DNA of 63,254 nucleotides, counting the filler, from Octopus bimaculoides (lineage: Eukaryota): assembly GCF_001194135.2 (NCBI RefSeq). It is 7 parts of 5 records of this genome, joined end to end, with 100 filler letters (N's around TTAATTAATTAA, not from the genome) between each part and the next. Parts side by side here need not be neighbours in the genome. Positions count along the whole stretch, not along the records: positions 12,627 to 24,157 come from NC_069001.1; positions 24,258 to 27,792 come from NC_068987.1; 5 more parts are not named here. One strand, written 5' to 3'. Position numbers and translations under genes: made by a program. Each line of letters starts with the position of its first letter. Position 1 is the stretch's first letter. Below are positions 12,571 through 24,366 of the stretch, piece after piece. The notes under the pieces are model-generated. The model saw only the letters and a list, made by a program, of their open reading frames with translations. It ran no database searches and was not told where the DNA came from.

Positions 12571-12582
12571 TTAATTAATTAA
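12571..12582. other. Assembly linker TTAATTAATTAA inside a 100-bp gap (also 24202, 27837, 41541, 50590, 58060)
   Basis: At 12571 it is flanked by exactly 44 N on each side; the other five show the same arrangement; stops in all six frames. Confidence 0.95.
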
Positions 12583-13139
12583 NNNNNNNNNNNNNNNNNN
12601 NNNNNNNNNNNNNNNNNNNNNNNNNNACCCACCCTCACCATGTCCAGTCATCATCAATCAACATCATCATCATCACCATGTTATCATGACTACGATCAGG
12701 AATATATTTATATATTTCATCTATTCGTCATAGACCTAATCATCACCACCACCACCACCACCATCATCATCATCTTCACCATCACCATCACCATCATCAG
12801 CAGCGCCATTCTCTACCCCTCCCCCTCCTCCTATTCATCATCGCCATCATCATCAAAGTTATCCTGATGACATCCGTCATTCTCATTACCGTTATCATAA
12901 CAACCATCAACACAACCATCGTCATCATCATCAACATCATTTTCACCATCATCATCATCATCATCATCATCATGATCAGAGTTACCAACACCACCACTAC
13001 CACCACCACCACCACAACCACAACACTATCTTCACTGTTAGACGCTACATGTCCCTTGACCTGCTGGAAATAACCGCCAAATCACCGTCAAAACACACTG
13101 CCTTTGTTAAACAAAGAAAAGAGACATTTATGTATTGAT

Positions 13140-13325
13140 TTCAAATTTTGCCACAAGGCCTGAAATTTCGGAGACCAGGATAAGTCGATCACACCGACCC
13201 CCAGTATTCAACTGGTACTTATTTTATCGACCCCGGGTGACATTTGAACTCAGAACGTAAAATCGGAAGAAATAACGCCAAACGTTTTCCCCCGGCTCGG
13301 AAACGATTCTGCCAGCTCGCCGCCT
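13140..13325 (-). mobile_element. SINE family B
   Basis: Reverse complement ggcgagctggcagaatcgtt...ttacgttctgagttcaaat...gtcgataaaataagtaccagttg; other copies at about 5338, 23010, 25205, 40100, 41285-41500, 60110, 60465. Confidence 0.75.
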
Positions 13326-13595
13326 GGGAGACAGATATGAATTAATAATGGTAGCATATATGTTGGTTAGTATAGTATAGGCAGGATGGTCACTCATGGA
13401 ACGTCTTTATTCTTTTCAATAACAATAATGTTTTCCACTTTTCCCCATGTACACCTCATCCACCTTTTTGTATAAATCGCGGAAATCATGTAAATATAAG
13501 TATATTTATGTAAATACATTTAAATATATATATAATTTATGTACATATGATTAACATAAATGTAATTTATGCAAACATATTTCATATATAAGAAT

Positions 13596-13850
13596 AGCCA
13601 TGGCCGTGTGGTTAGGAATCTCGCTTTGCTACCGCAAAGTTTCAGCTTTGGTCCTACTGCATGGTATCTTGGGCAGCTGTCTTCTATAGCCCCCGAGTCA
13701 TTCAATGCTTTGTGTGTGAGTTTAGTAGACGGAAACCGTGTGGAAGCCCGTCGTGTATACGTGTGTATCTTTACGTTTGAATGTATTTATGTTTCGCACC
13801 CAGCGCTGCACAACCAGTATTGGTTTGTCTACATCTCTGTAATTTAGCAG
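13596..13850 (+). mobile_element. SINE family A, degenerate
   Basis: Head plus partial tail homologous to 2973 and 15702. Confidence 0.7.
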
Positions 13851-14062
13851 CCGCTCCTTCTCTCTATCTCTCCCTCTCTTTGTTACTCTATCTATCTATC
13901 GATCAATCCATCAGTCTGTCATTCTTTTTATTATTCGTTCACTCTTTGTTACTCTGTTATTTTATCACGTTACCTTTCTAATTACCCTCACTCAGTTGCA
14001 AAGTTTTGTCTTCGTTCTTACCACATTTCTCTGACTCGCATTATATATCTGTTTATCTAGGT

Positions 14063-14063
14063 C

Positions 14064-14117
<54 letters not shown>

Positions 14118-14230
14118 CGGACGGACGGACGGACGGACAGACGGACGGACAGACGGACGGACAGACGGACGGACAGACGGACGGACAGACGGACGGACAG
14201 ACGGACGGACGGACAGACGGACGGACAGAC
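14063..14230. repeat. Compound (GATA)n-(GGAC/AGAC)n microsatellite
   Basis: Directly visible; (TACA)n follows at about 14305-14360. Confidence 0.95.
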
Positions 14231-14666
14231 TGATAGTGAATCCAAACAAAGAAGAACAAACAAGAAAAAAACCATAACGCGAGGACGTGGTACACACATG
14301 AACATACATACATACATGCGTACATACATACATACATACATACATACATACATACATACGTACGTACACATCTACGAGCATACATAGATAAATTACGTGT
14401 ATGTTTGTGGCGATACATGAACGGATTTACAATAAACCCAGAGAAAACTCGACAGGAGCCTTTTAGATAATCCAGTCACAAATTAGGGAGAGAAGAAAAT
14501 AGGGACAGAGAGAAGAGGATGTGGCTATAGAAGAGGAATGTGGAGTATGGTGGGTAAGATGCGGTGGGATCCCTATTTTCCTGTCCGTAAAACCACAATC
14601 TCCCTATATTGATCGTTCAATATAGATTATGTTTAAAGGGAATCCCTTTAAGACTTCCAATCAAAC

Positions 14667-14694
14667 CTTGTATTTCTTCTGCCGTCGCCGCCAT
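14667..14694 (-). CDS. Candidate first coding exon (MAATAEEIQ + 1 nt)
   Basis: AAGATGGCGGCG start context typical of housekeeping genes, donor AAG|gtttga, locally CpG-rich unique sequence. An alternative upstream ATG at 14710 is in another frame. Confidence 0.35.
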
Positions 14695-15419
14695 CTTTCA
14701 TCTCAGCCATATTTCAGATTGTTAATGGCTGCGTTTACGGCTTGTTGCTTGTTACGTCTTTATACTTCGTTATCGTATAAGAGTGTGCGCGTGTGCGTGT
14801 GCGTGTGAGTGTGTTTGTGTGAATTTGTACGTGTCTATGTGTGTGAGTGTGTTTGTGTGAATTTGTACGTGTCTATGTGTGTGCGTGTGTATTTTTGTGT
14901 TTGTGTATAAACAAATGTGCGTGTTGTAAATATAAGTGTATGAATATGTTTCAGGATTTGAGTTTTGTTAGTGTGTATGTATATGTATATATTGCGTGTG
15001 TAGGTATGTGCGTCTACGCGTGTACACGTGTGAGTACATGTGTATGTTTGTGTGGTGGAATATGTGTGTGTATGTGTGTTGGTGTTTGTATACATACATA
15101 TATGTATGTTTATATGTGTCTGTATACTCATGTGTAGGCGTTTGCATGTTGTGCATGCCGCTACATGTGAACGTTTGTATATCTGTATCTATATGTGTAT
15201 GTATGTGAGTGTGCTTGTGTGTGTGTGTGTGTTTGCGTGTGTGTGCGCGATCGTGTGTTTCTGTGTGTGTGTGTGTGTGAATTTGTTTGATCTTATTCTA
15301 TTAACGGCTTCGATCAGTTTGATCATTAAATTAATAATTTTACGGACACTGATCAGCCCTTGCCCTCACCCAGCCACCCACATGATGCTGCAGGAGAAAG
15401 GAGAGGGTATACAGCATAC

Positions 15420-16472
15420 CCGCCATATTGTGATGAAAACTGCGAAAGGCATGGAGGTTTGTCTCCATTGCCGCCATGCGTGATGAAGATGGCTGATGTA
15501 TCGCTATTTAACATGGCCACCATATTGCAGTGAAATGTCGGTGTTTTAAGCATTTGCTATGTCTGCCATATTGTAGTGAATGTGGGAGTTGCAATCGTTC
15601 AGTGTGGCAGCCATATTGTGGTGAAACAAGATGATGTAGCTGTGGCGTGTGGTGCATAATTACATAATACAAGATTGGGTAAAAGGAAAAACAAACGGAC
15701 AGGCGCAGGCGTGACTGTGTGGTAAGAAGCTTGCTTCTTAACCACATGGTTCCGAGTTCAGTCCCACCTTGGGTAAGTGTCTTCTATTATAGCCTCGGGC
15801 CGACCAAAGCCTTGTGAGTGGATTTTGTAGACGGAAACTGAAAGAAGCTCGCTATATATATATTTGTGTGTGTGTGTATGTATCTACATATGTATGTATA
15901 TATGTTGGTATGTATGTATATATGTATGCATGTACGTATGTACATATGTATGTCTACATGCATGCATGTATGTATGTACCTATGTATATATGTTGGTATG
16001 TATGTATATACATATGTATGTGTGTGTTGTATCTTTGTGTTTGTCCACCACCACCACTTGACAACCGGTGTTGTGTTTATTTCCTTATAACTTAGTGGTT
16101 CGGCAAAAGAAATCGATTGACTAAGTAACACGTTTTTTTTAAAGTAAAGTCCTGGGGTCGATTCGTTCGACTAAAAATTCTTCAAGACAATGCTCCAGCA
16201 TGGTCGCAGTTGAATGACTGAAACAAGTGAAAAGATAGACTGAGGGGGGCGGGGAGGAATCAAAAGGAAATGTCTTTTACGCTTCGAGTATTCACTCTTC
16301 CAAAAGAAAAGACAGGCAAGAATAGTTCTTGTCTATAACTGCAATATTGTGGTGAAGATGGTTGATCTAACCATTTCACATGGCTGACGTTTGGTGATTG
16401 TAACCGTTTAACATGGCGGCGTTGTTATGGCGAAGTAATGTGACGTAACTAATTAGAATAACCGCCATATTG
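15420..16472. promoter_or_regulatory. Array of GCCATATTG/AAGATGGC (YY1/Pho-type) motifs, split by a SINE
   Basis: Motifs at 15420, 15471, 15486, 15510, 15519, 15565, 15610, 16355, 16378, 16410, 16462; several are followed by TG(G/A)TGAA. Confidence 0.4.
15702..16235 (+). mobile_element. SINE family A, full length with expanded internal TA/TATG repeat
   Basis: Head ggcgcaggcgtgactgtgtggtaagaagcttgc; tail ending gactgaaacaagtgaaaaga. Confidence 0.88.
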
Positions 16473-16883
16473 TATTGATATTTTAACGGTGTTTTACTGC
16501 ATATTTGTTTTGTTTAACTGTTTCACTATAGTGATGGTGATGATGGTGATGATGTTGATGATGGTGATGATGGTGATAATGCGTGGGGAGTATTGTTTGT
16601 CAAGATGTCTGCTATAAAATAAACAACCCAAATGCCGAGTGGTGGCCAAGTAAAGGAGAAACAGGTGTAACCAGTGGTATGTTTGGGCTAAACAGAAGTT
16701 GCGTAATCCCCGGATTTGTCCTGATGAAACAGATCAACGAAAAATGTGTTCCTGTTATGACCATCCAGTCTGGTTTTGATATATTGTGTATCTAAGTCTT
16801 CAGTCCCCAGTTACCATAAGACAAATCTTTACTTCAGTCCAAACCAATGGAAAGAAATGTTTCCTTCCTTCTTCTCTTTCAAA

Positions 16884-17118
16884 CCCTTTGCCTGTCCAGT
16901 GCATCACATCTGACACACGACACATTTCTTTGGCGCCCATGCACCATGTATGATACACATTCTCAGTATTTTCAACCATTAGAGTGATTTGAGACTTGTA
17001 AAAGGAAAGCTTTATCTTATCTAGAATATATGAAAGAAGAACCAACTAAAACGAGGCTGGAAACAAGAATGGATAAACTTAGGACAAACTTACGAAAATG
17101 TTTTGGACAGGAAAAATC
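16884..17118 (+). mobile_element. piggyBac-like MITE, copy 1
   Basis: ccctttgcctgtcca ... tggacaggaaaaatc followed by TTAA; homologous to 17193-17393. Confidence 0.4.
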
Positions 17119-17192
17119 TTAAATGTCAAACAATTGTCTCCATAGTTTGTGAGGGGGCTGTGATTTCAGTGGTGGCTTGATGGTGGTACTGA

Positions 17193-17393
17193 CCATTTTC
17201 CTTTCACACCTGATACACTGGACATATCCCTCTGGCATCCATGCACCATGATATACATTCCCAAGTAATTTGGGGTTTGTAAAAGAAAGGTTTTATATTA
17301 CTCAAAATGTATGAAACAAGGGCTCAGTAAAAGTTTGAAAACAAGCATCGATGTTTAGGACAAACTTATGAAAATGTTTTGGACAAGAAAAGG
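17193..17393 (+). mobile_element. piggyBac-like MITE, copy 2
   Basis: Ends tggacaagaaaagg followed by TTAA; shares catgcacca and ttaggacaaactta(c/t)gaaaatgttttggaca with copy 1. Confidence 0.4.
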
Positions 17394-17729
17394 TTAATAC
17401 AATTGAATGCGGTTTGGGGGGTATTTAGCTTCTGTTTCTAGCAGGTTAAGTAGAGGTTCTCTCGTTTCCTTGAAATTGTTGGAGTCGGTTTCTATCAACG
17501 CAATATCTTACTCCACAACCCCAATCGCCACCACAACTAAGGGAGTCATTATATTGATTAAATCGATCTCAATATATAACATATTTATTGTATCGATTTC
17601 ACAAGGATGAAAAGTCGCCCCTTGGTCCTGTGGGATTTTTACTGAGATTTGAACGCACAAACGTCGCTATTGATTATCTCAAGACATATTTATCTGCCAC
17701 TCTAACGATTCTTGCAATCCACACACACC

Positions 17730-18100
17730 AAACCTTTCAGTACAGCGTGGTCCGCTAAGTGGTCGATAGATCTGCAAGACAGAACAGCCAAATCTCCCAT
17801 AAATTACACTCTATTCTTGATAGAAAAAGACGTTGCATAATTTGCTGCTAGATTTCATGTGAGTGCGAAAGGGGGGGACGGGATGGCTACGGTTAGAGCG
17901 CTTTTAATATTGGTTCTATCTATCAAAAGCCTCTACATGGTTGTTTGACATGCTAGAAATAACAGCTAAATCTTTCTCAACTCACATCCTGTCGTCTTAG
18001 AAATGGACATGTTGGATAAGGCTGTCGTGGATTCCTTTCGCTGAACAAAAAGACGGGACGGTCACGGTTGGAATATCTTTTATTATTGGTCTGTTTAATG
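17730..18100 (-). mobile_element. Two tandem copies of short repeat family D
   Basis: gctagaaataacagctaaatct / aaaagacgggacggtcacgg motif; related pieces at about 13030, 16600-16790, 29510-29740, 38960-39085. Confidence 0.55.
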
Positions 18101-18470
18101 AACTTTGACGTGGTGGGAGTAAACAACATCATTNNNNNNNNNNNNNNNNNNNNNNNNNNNNNNNNNNNNNNNNNNNNNNNNNNNNNNNNNNNNNNNNNNN
18201 NNNNNNNNNNNNNNNNNNNNNNNNNNNNNNNNNNNNNNNNNNNNNNNNNNNNNNNNNNNNNNNNNNNNNNNNNNNNNNNNNNNNNNNNNNNNNNNNNNNN
18301 NNNNNNNNNNNNNNNNNNNNNNNNNNNNNNNNNNNNNNNNNNNNNNNNNNNNNNNNNNNNNNNNNNNNNNNNNNNNNNNNNNNNNNNNNNNNNNNNNNNN
18401 NNNNNNNNNNNNNNNNNNNNNNNNNNNNNNNNNNNNNNNNNNNNNNNNNNNNNNNNNNNNNNNNNNNNNN

Positions 18471-18532
<62 letters not shown>

Positions 18533-18646
18533 CCACCCCCTTTTTTTGCCTTCGTGCCTAAATATTATCGTTATAGTCATCTGTAATGCCCGGAAGTTAA
18601 TGTTCCTTAAATACCGCCAAATGGACCCCACACATACACACACTCA

Positions 18647-18677
<31 letters not shown>

Positions 18678-18956
18678 GCACATATACTCATACACAGACA
18701 CACACTCACACACACCACTACTGTCATCTCTCTCTCGCTCTCTCTTTCTCTCTCTCTCTCTCTCCCTCTCTCTCTATTCCCCTTTCGCTGTCCCCATCTT
18801 TCTGTCTACATCCATCTCTTAGTCAAGCTCTCTCTCTTCCTGTTGCTCCTTGCCACCCCCTTGCGTCTCTATCTCTCTCTTTCTCTCTTTCATACACACA
18901 CACACACACACACACTTCACATCTTATATCTACTAATCTATCTATCTATCTATCTA

Positions 18957-18995
<39 letters not shown>

Positions 18996-19008
18996 TTCTA
19001 TCTATCTG

Positions 19009-19047
<39 letters not shown>

Positions 19048-19281
19048 GTCTATCTGTCTGTCTATCTGTCTGTCTGTCTGTCTGTCTTTCCCCCCGCTTT
19101 CTTCCTCTCCTTATGCATTGTGTGTATACCGACACTTGTGTGCGTGTTGTACATTAGAGCCATGCATGTACGTGTATAAATGATATATAATACGTATGAA
19201 TACATATAACCGTATGCGTATATATTTATGTGTGTATATGTGTGCATATATACATATATGATTGTATAAATGCGTATAAAT

Positions 19282-19316
<35 letters not shown>

Positions 19317-19909
19317 CACGTTTCTCCCACCCACCAGTGTCTCATTCCATTAATCCATGTCTTCAGATTACCAAACTCTTTTTAAAGCTAGTCTCCCCTC
19401 TCTCCCCTTCTCTCATTCTCCTTTCTCTCCTCATCCTTCTCCTCTCTTCCTTCTCTCCCTTCTCTCTTTCTCTCTCCCAAACTACATCCTGTTGTTAATA
19501 CATCGCTCCCTGCTTTATACAAAGACATCATTATAGAATTGAAAGGCTTCACTGCAAATATTGATAAAATATAAATTTCGCTCTCTCACCTCCACTAACA
19601 TCCTACTTTAATTGCTAGCCGTCCGTTGCCATTACCAAGCAATCGTTGCGATGTGGAGAAGCAACAGACGATAACCGACGCCATTTTGTCAGAAGCTACA
19701 TCAAACCCCAAAATATAGATTCGTCAGCAAGGATTAATCTCGCAAGTTGTGTATCGGTATTTGCGTGGTTGATTCGGTGGGGTGGGGGAAAGGGTCTTTT
19801 AGAAAAACAAAACAGAATGATTATTAATAGACTAATTCAATCGACCTCAGTACATTACTGACGTATACATATGTGTGTGCCATGTATAAATGCACACACA
19901 CACATATTC

Positions 19910-20132
19910 TTTATTCTTTTATTTGTTTCAGTCATTTTGACTGTGTCCATGCTGGAGCACCGCCTTTTAGTCAAACAAATCGTCCCCTGGGCTTATTTTT
20001 TTGTAAGCCCGGTGCTTATTCAAGTGGTCTCTTCTGCCGAACTACTAGGTTACGGAGATGTAAACACACCAACATCGGTTGTTAAGTGATAGTGGCGGGG
20101 GCAGACACAAACACGCACACGTAAATACATAA

Positions 20133-20168
<36 letters not shown>

Positions 20169-20245
20169 GACGGGTTTCTTTCAGTTTCCATCTATCAAAC
20201 CCTGACAAAGCTTTGGTCGACTCGAGGCTGTAGCAGAAGACACTA
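19910..20245 (-). mobile_element. SINE family A
   Basis: Reverse complement of the tail and 3' part of the head, with an internal (TA)n. Confidence 0.8.
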
Positions 20246-21179
20246 TTTATAAGTATGTATGTATGCATGTATGTATGTGAGAAATTTCGTGTGCATGTGT
20301 ATATATTTTCTGCTAGCCATTGGAATGTCTTCGCAGCCACTCCAGTGCTGAATCTCTGTGATTTAAGATTCTACTTCTCCCTACACCTCACTGAAACCTT
20401 TTCAAGTAACAAGGAATCGGTTTTAGAAGAAAACTTGATTAAAGTTGAGCTGCTGCTGATTATATTAGTGCACACATCAGCTGATTTTAATTAACTTCAA
20501 CAGGAAGTCAAATTTTGTGAATGCCAGTTCAAATTTCAGTCACGATCAAAAGTAATTTTCCCTTTTGTTAACAAATTGCTAAAAGTGATGTTTCTATCAA
20601 GAGTGCCTTAGAAAAAGAGACGTCGCTACATGAACACATTTTGGTCCGGTTAACAAATAATATTGTCTCTTATTAAATTGTTTCAATCATATCAGGAGAA
20701 CTTCCACATCGTTGCAGGGTGAAAGAACCGGGTGGATTATGGTCGTTTTGGTTCCCTGAACAGGAAGTCACATGGCATAGAAAGCAATAAATGAATTAAG
20801 AGAATTCCAAGTCCATTTTGTCAAGGAGACCCAAAAACTGTAAAGATGGTTGTTTCTTTTACAGAAGATGACCAGAAGACAGAGGCTTCCAAAACTTCGC
20901 TTCCATAATAGCGACACAGATATATGGTTGCCTACTACGACTCCAAGCCGATACATTTAACTCTTTTGTTACCATATTTTTGTTGAAATATTCTGCCTTC
21001 GTTTCAATTAATTTTGAAAATAATGAAGAATTTTCCAAAATAACTTTGTCATTATTTAGCCGATGATTAGAACATAATTTAACATGAAATTTTGATGGAA
21101 GTTTTTAATTTAGATTGCTTTAAATAAGAAGTTGGCGGGTTCGGGCAGGTTGGTCTCAACAGGAATTTGAGGTAGACAT

Positions 21180-21490
21180 CGATTTTTGAGTTTTGAAAAC
21201 AAACAAATTCTAATAGAAACGTCATTAATGATAGTGATAGTGCAGCGTTTGATGCTCTGACGCAGCGAAAGCAGCAGCTGAGAAAATACCCAATTCCAGA
21301 AGGAACAACGCCATTGGCAACGTTACGGATGCATTGCGCTTTTTTTGCCTTTCCCATTCATGAAAGGACCCCACGTTCAACACCTTGATATCCAGTTGGC
21401 AAATGGTACGCGCGTTTATTTCACTCCAGCAACTACGAACTAACAAACACAGTTGAGAGGACACAGAGAATTTTTAAGCTGTACATTGCT
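21180..21490 (+). mobile_element. Helitron RepHel relic
   Basis: VINDSDSAAFDAL...FFAFPIHER, then frameshift, then PHVQHLDIQLANGTRVYFT; matches the Helitron segment WRIFxFPIHERxPxVxHLxVHLENGQRVYF. Confidence 0.75.
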
Positions 21491-21612
21491 GTACAATTAT
21501 AGGTTGTGTTGACTGGGTGGAGTCACAGACACAGTGTGTAAGATGTTGACTAGATGCAGATACACGATGGGTAGATGTAGACTAGATAGATACGGTGCGT
21601 TGTTGTAAACAG

Positions 21613-21679
<67 letters not shown>

Positions 21680-22593
21680 GGATATTAATAAAAAGAAGGC
21701 ATTCAGAATTTTGGCTAATTATTTATTTGGCGCTTTCATCTCATTTTGAGAGAATTGTCATGATGATTCTCTGAAAAAGAGATGAAAGCCCGAAATAATT
21801 ATCCAAAATTCTGAATGTCTTCTTTTTCATAATATATAAAATCTGTACACCACATCAAACAATCTATATATGTATATATATGTGTGTGTGTGTACACATA
21901 CACGTGCATATACACACATCCACATACGCATATCTATATATATGTGTGTGTGTGTATATATATATATACATATACCGACAACATATACTCACATACATGT
22001 ATACATACATACACACCCATATATATACATATATGCATACGCGCGCGCGAGTGTGTGTAATGTGTCCTGACTAGAAGCCATTTAATTCGACGTGATGGTC
22101 ATCCAATATTTCAAATAATAATATTAATGAAAATGATTCCTCGCTCGACTCGACCCCGTCTAATCCAGCCTATTATACGCAAACATCTGTTCATTCCCCA
22201 CTAAAGGGGTCAGAAACTGAACTCGAAAAGGGGTCAGTTGTATTTAATGGCAACCATTGCTATTCACTGGAACCGAATAATTCTGAGATGAGTTGGTTTG
22301 GTATGGCAAATATTCCCCGATAGAAACAGCGACGGAAATAAAGAATGGTGCGACAAAGGTCTTAAGAGAATGGTTATCTGGAAGAGGGTGGAGATGGGGG
22401 GGTGGAGTTGGGGTGGAGAGATTGTAAGACACGGTGAACGCAAGAGTTTGTGTCAACAACACGTGACCGGTTGAACTGTGTTGATGGAATGGCACAGCAG
22501 ACGGGAGGATATAAATAGCGAGAGTTCGGTCGAAATCGGTCACGTGTGACCAGATATTTAAAGGTTATGTCAGTGTGCGCGTGCGTGCGTGCA

Positions 22594-22631
<38 letters not shown>

Positions 22632-22713
22632 TGTATGAGTTTGCTAAAACGTGCGAATATTTGTGCATGTATGTATGTGTGTATGTAGAAAGATAGGTCG
22701 GTAGGTAGGCATC

Positions 22714-22772
<59 letters not shown>

Positions 22773-23224
22773 GTGTGTATATGTATGTACACACATTATT
22801 AGTGCTGTTGTGATCTCTCTCCTCCCATTATATATCTTAATATTATAACGGACTCAACATACGTACAACGCCTAATTGGTTAATCAAAGAACCCCTACTC
22901 TTTCTCATCATCATCATCATCATTATTATTCGTAAACTGTCCCTTTAATGTCCCCCCCCCACCGCTCATCTCATCTGATGCTTGTTTGTTAAATTTAAAC
23001 AAATCATTATTATTGAAGCCAGTGAGCCGAGAGTCGTTTGCATGCCGGACAATATGTTTACCAGCGTTTCGTCCGGCTCTTTACGTTCGGCGTTCAAGTT
23101 CCCTCGAGGTCGAGTTTGCCTTTCATCATATATACACATATATAAATTGGTTACTCGCCACGAAGCTTTTGCATGACGATCGTGAATGTACCTATTTAGT
23201 AATTTTACACCTGGGTTTTTTTCT

Positions 23225-23560
23225 GGTTTTATTGATATGAATGGAAGCTTAAACGCAAAGGTCCCTTTCTATTTCCACCTGGGTTAAACATTTCTCACGG
23301 CACCAACAGGCGCTGCCCCGGAGGATAACGAGGTAGATACGCTGGAAGAGGCTACTCTGAGTCTCTTTCCCGATAGCTGTGAGCAGGGAGATGGTCCGGG
23401 GACCAAGAACTGCCACAGGCTCAACCATAAACCTGACGGAGAGCAACTGATACCTTGACAGTTTGGTTTTCCCAGCCTGACGTTCGAGATCGTTTGACAG
23501 TTCCTCCTCTGTTCCTCCTCATGGTACCTATGCATATTTAGCTCACCTGGACAGAGCCAG
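23225..23560 (-). mobile_element. 3' end of a CRE-like non-LTR retrotransposon (restriction-like endonuclease region)
   Basis: YQLLSVRFMVEPVAVLGPRTISLLTAIGKETQSSLFQRIYLVILRGSA resembles the REL tail AVETLG.WGP...LFQRIS..IQRGNA; AATAAA follows the stop. Confidence 0.6.
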
Positions 23561-23961
23561 TTAATCTGTACATCTTCCTAATACCTATTTATATACATTA
23601 TTTACATTTGACGGATATTTGTCCTCATCTTGTTTGTTTGTTCCGACAATCTCTCGATCTATTTGTCATTGAAATCACGTGATCTGCGGTACAAGAGACG
23701 GATGATACGGCAGCCATGTATAAAATATGCCATCAAGTTAAGAATAGCGGATCATCCTATGTAGCTAATCAATGGAAAATATATGTGTGTATATATGTGT
23801 GCGTATATATGTATGTGTATGTATATGAGTGTGTGTGTGTATGTGTGACCATTTTCTTGGCCAGAAACTCCAGTTTACTTGCATCTATCTATCTATCTAT
23901 CTATTTGTCTATCTCTCTGTCTGTCTATCAATTTTTCGGCCTCTATCTCTCTATCTATCTT

Positions 23962-23992
<31 letters not shown>

Positions 23993-24010
23993 TTCTCTCT
24001 CTCTCTCGCC

Positions 24011-24057
<47 letters not shown>

Positions 24058-24278
24058 GTCTGTCTGTCTACCAGTCTGTCTCTGTCTTCCTGTCTTTCTT
24101 TGCGTCTCTCTGTGTTCCTGTCTGTGTATTTATGTATCTGAGTGTGTGTATATATATNNNNNNNNNNNNNNNNNNNNNNNNNNNNNNNNNNNNNNNNNNN
24201 NTTAATTAATTAANNNNNNNNNNNNNNNNNNNNNNNNNNNNNNNNNNNNNNNNNNNNTGGTGGTGGTGCTGGTGATGG

Positions 24279-24366
<88 letters not shown>

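Noticed and set aside
17420-17560. Minus-strand CGGDWGCGVRYC peptide as a terminal exon
   Set aside because: The alternative frame PLVVVAIGVV resembles a REL-domain relic; no supporting exons.
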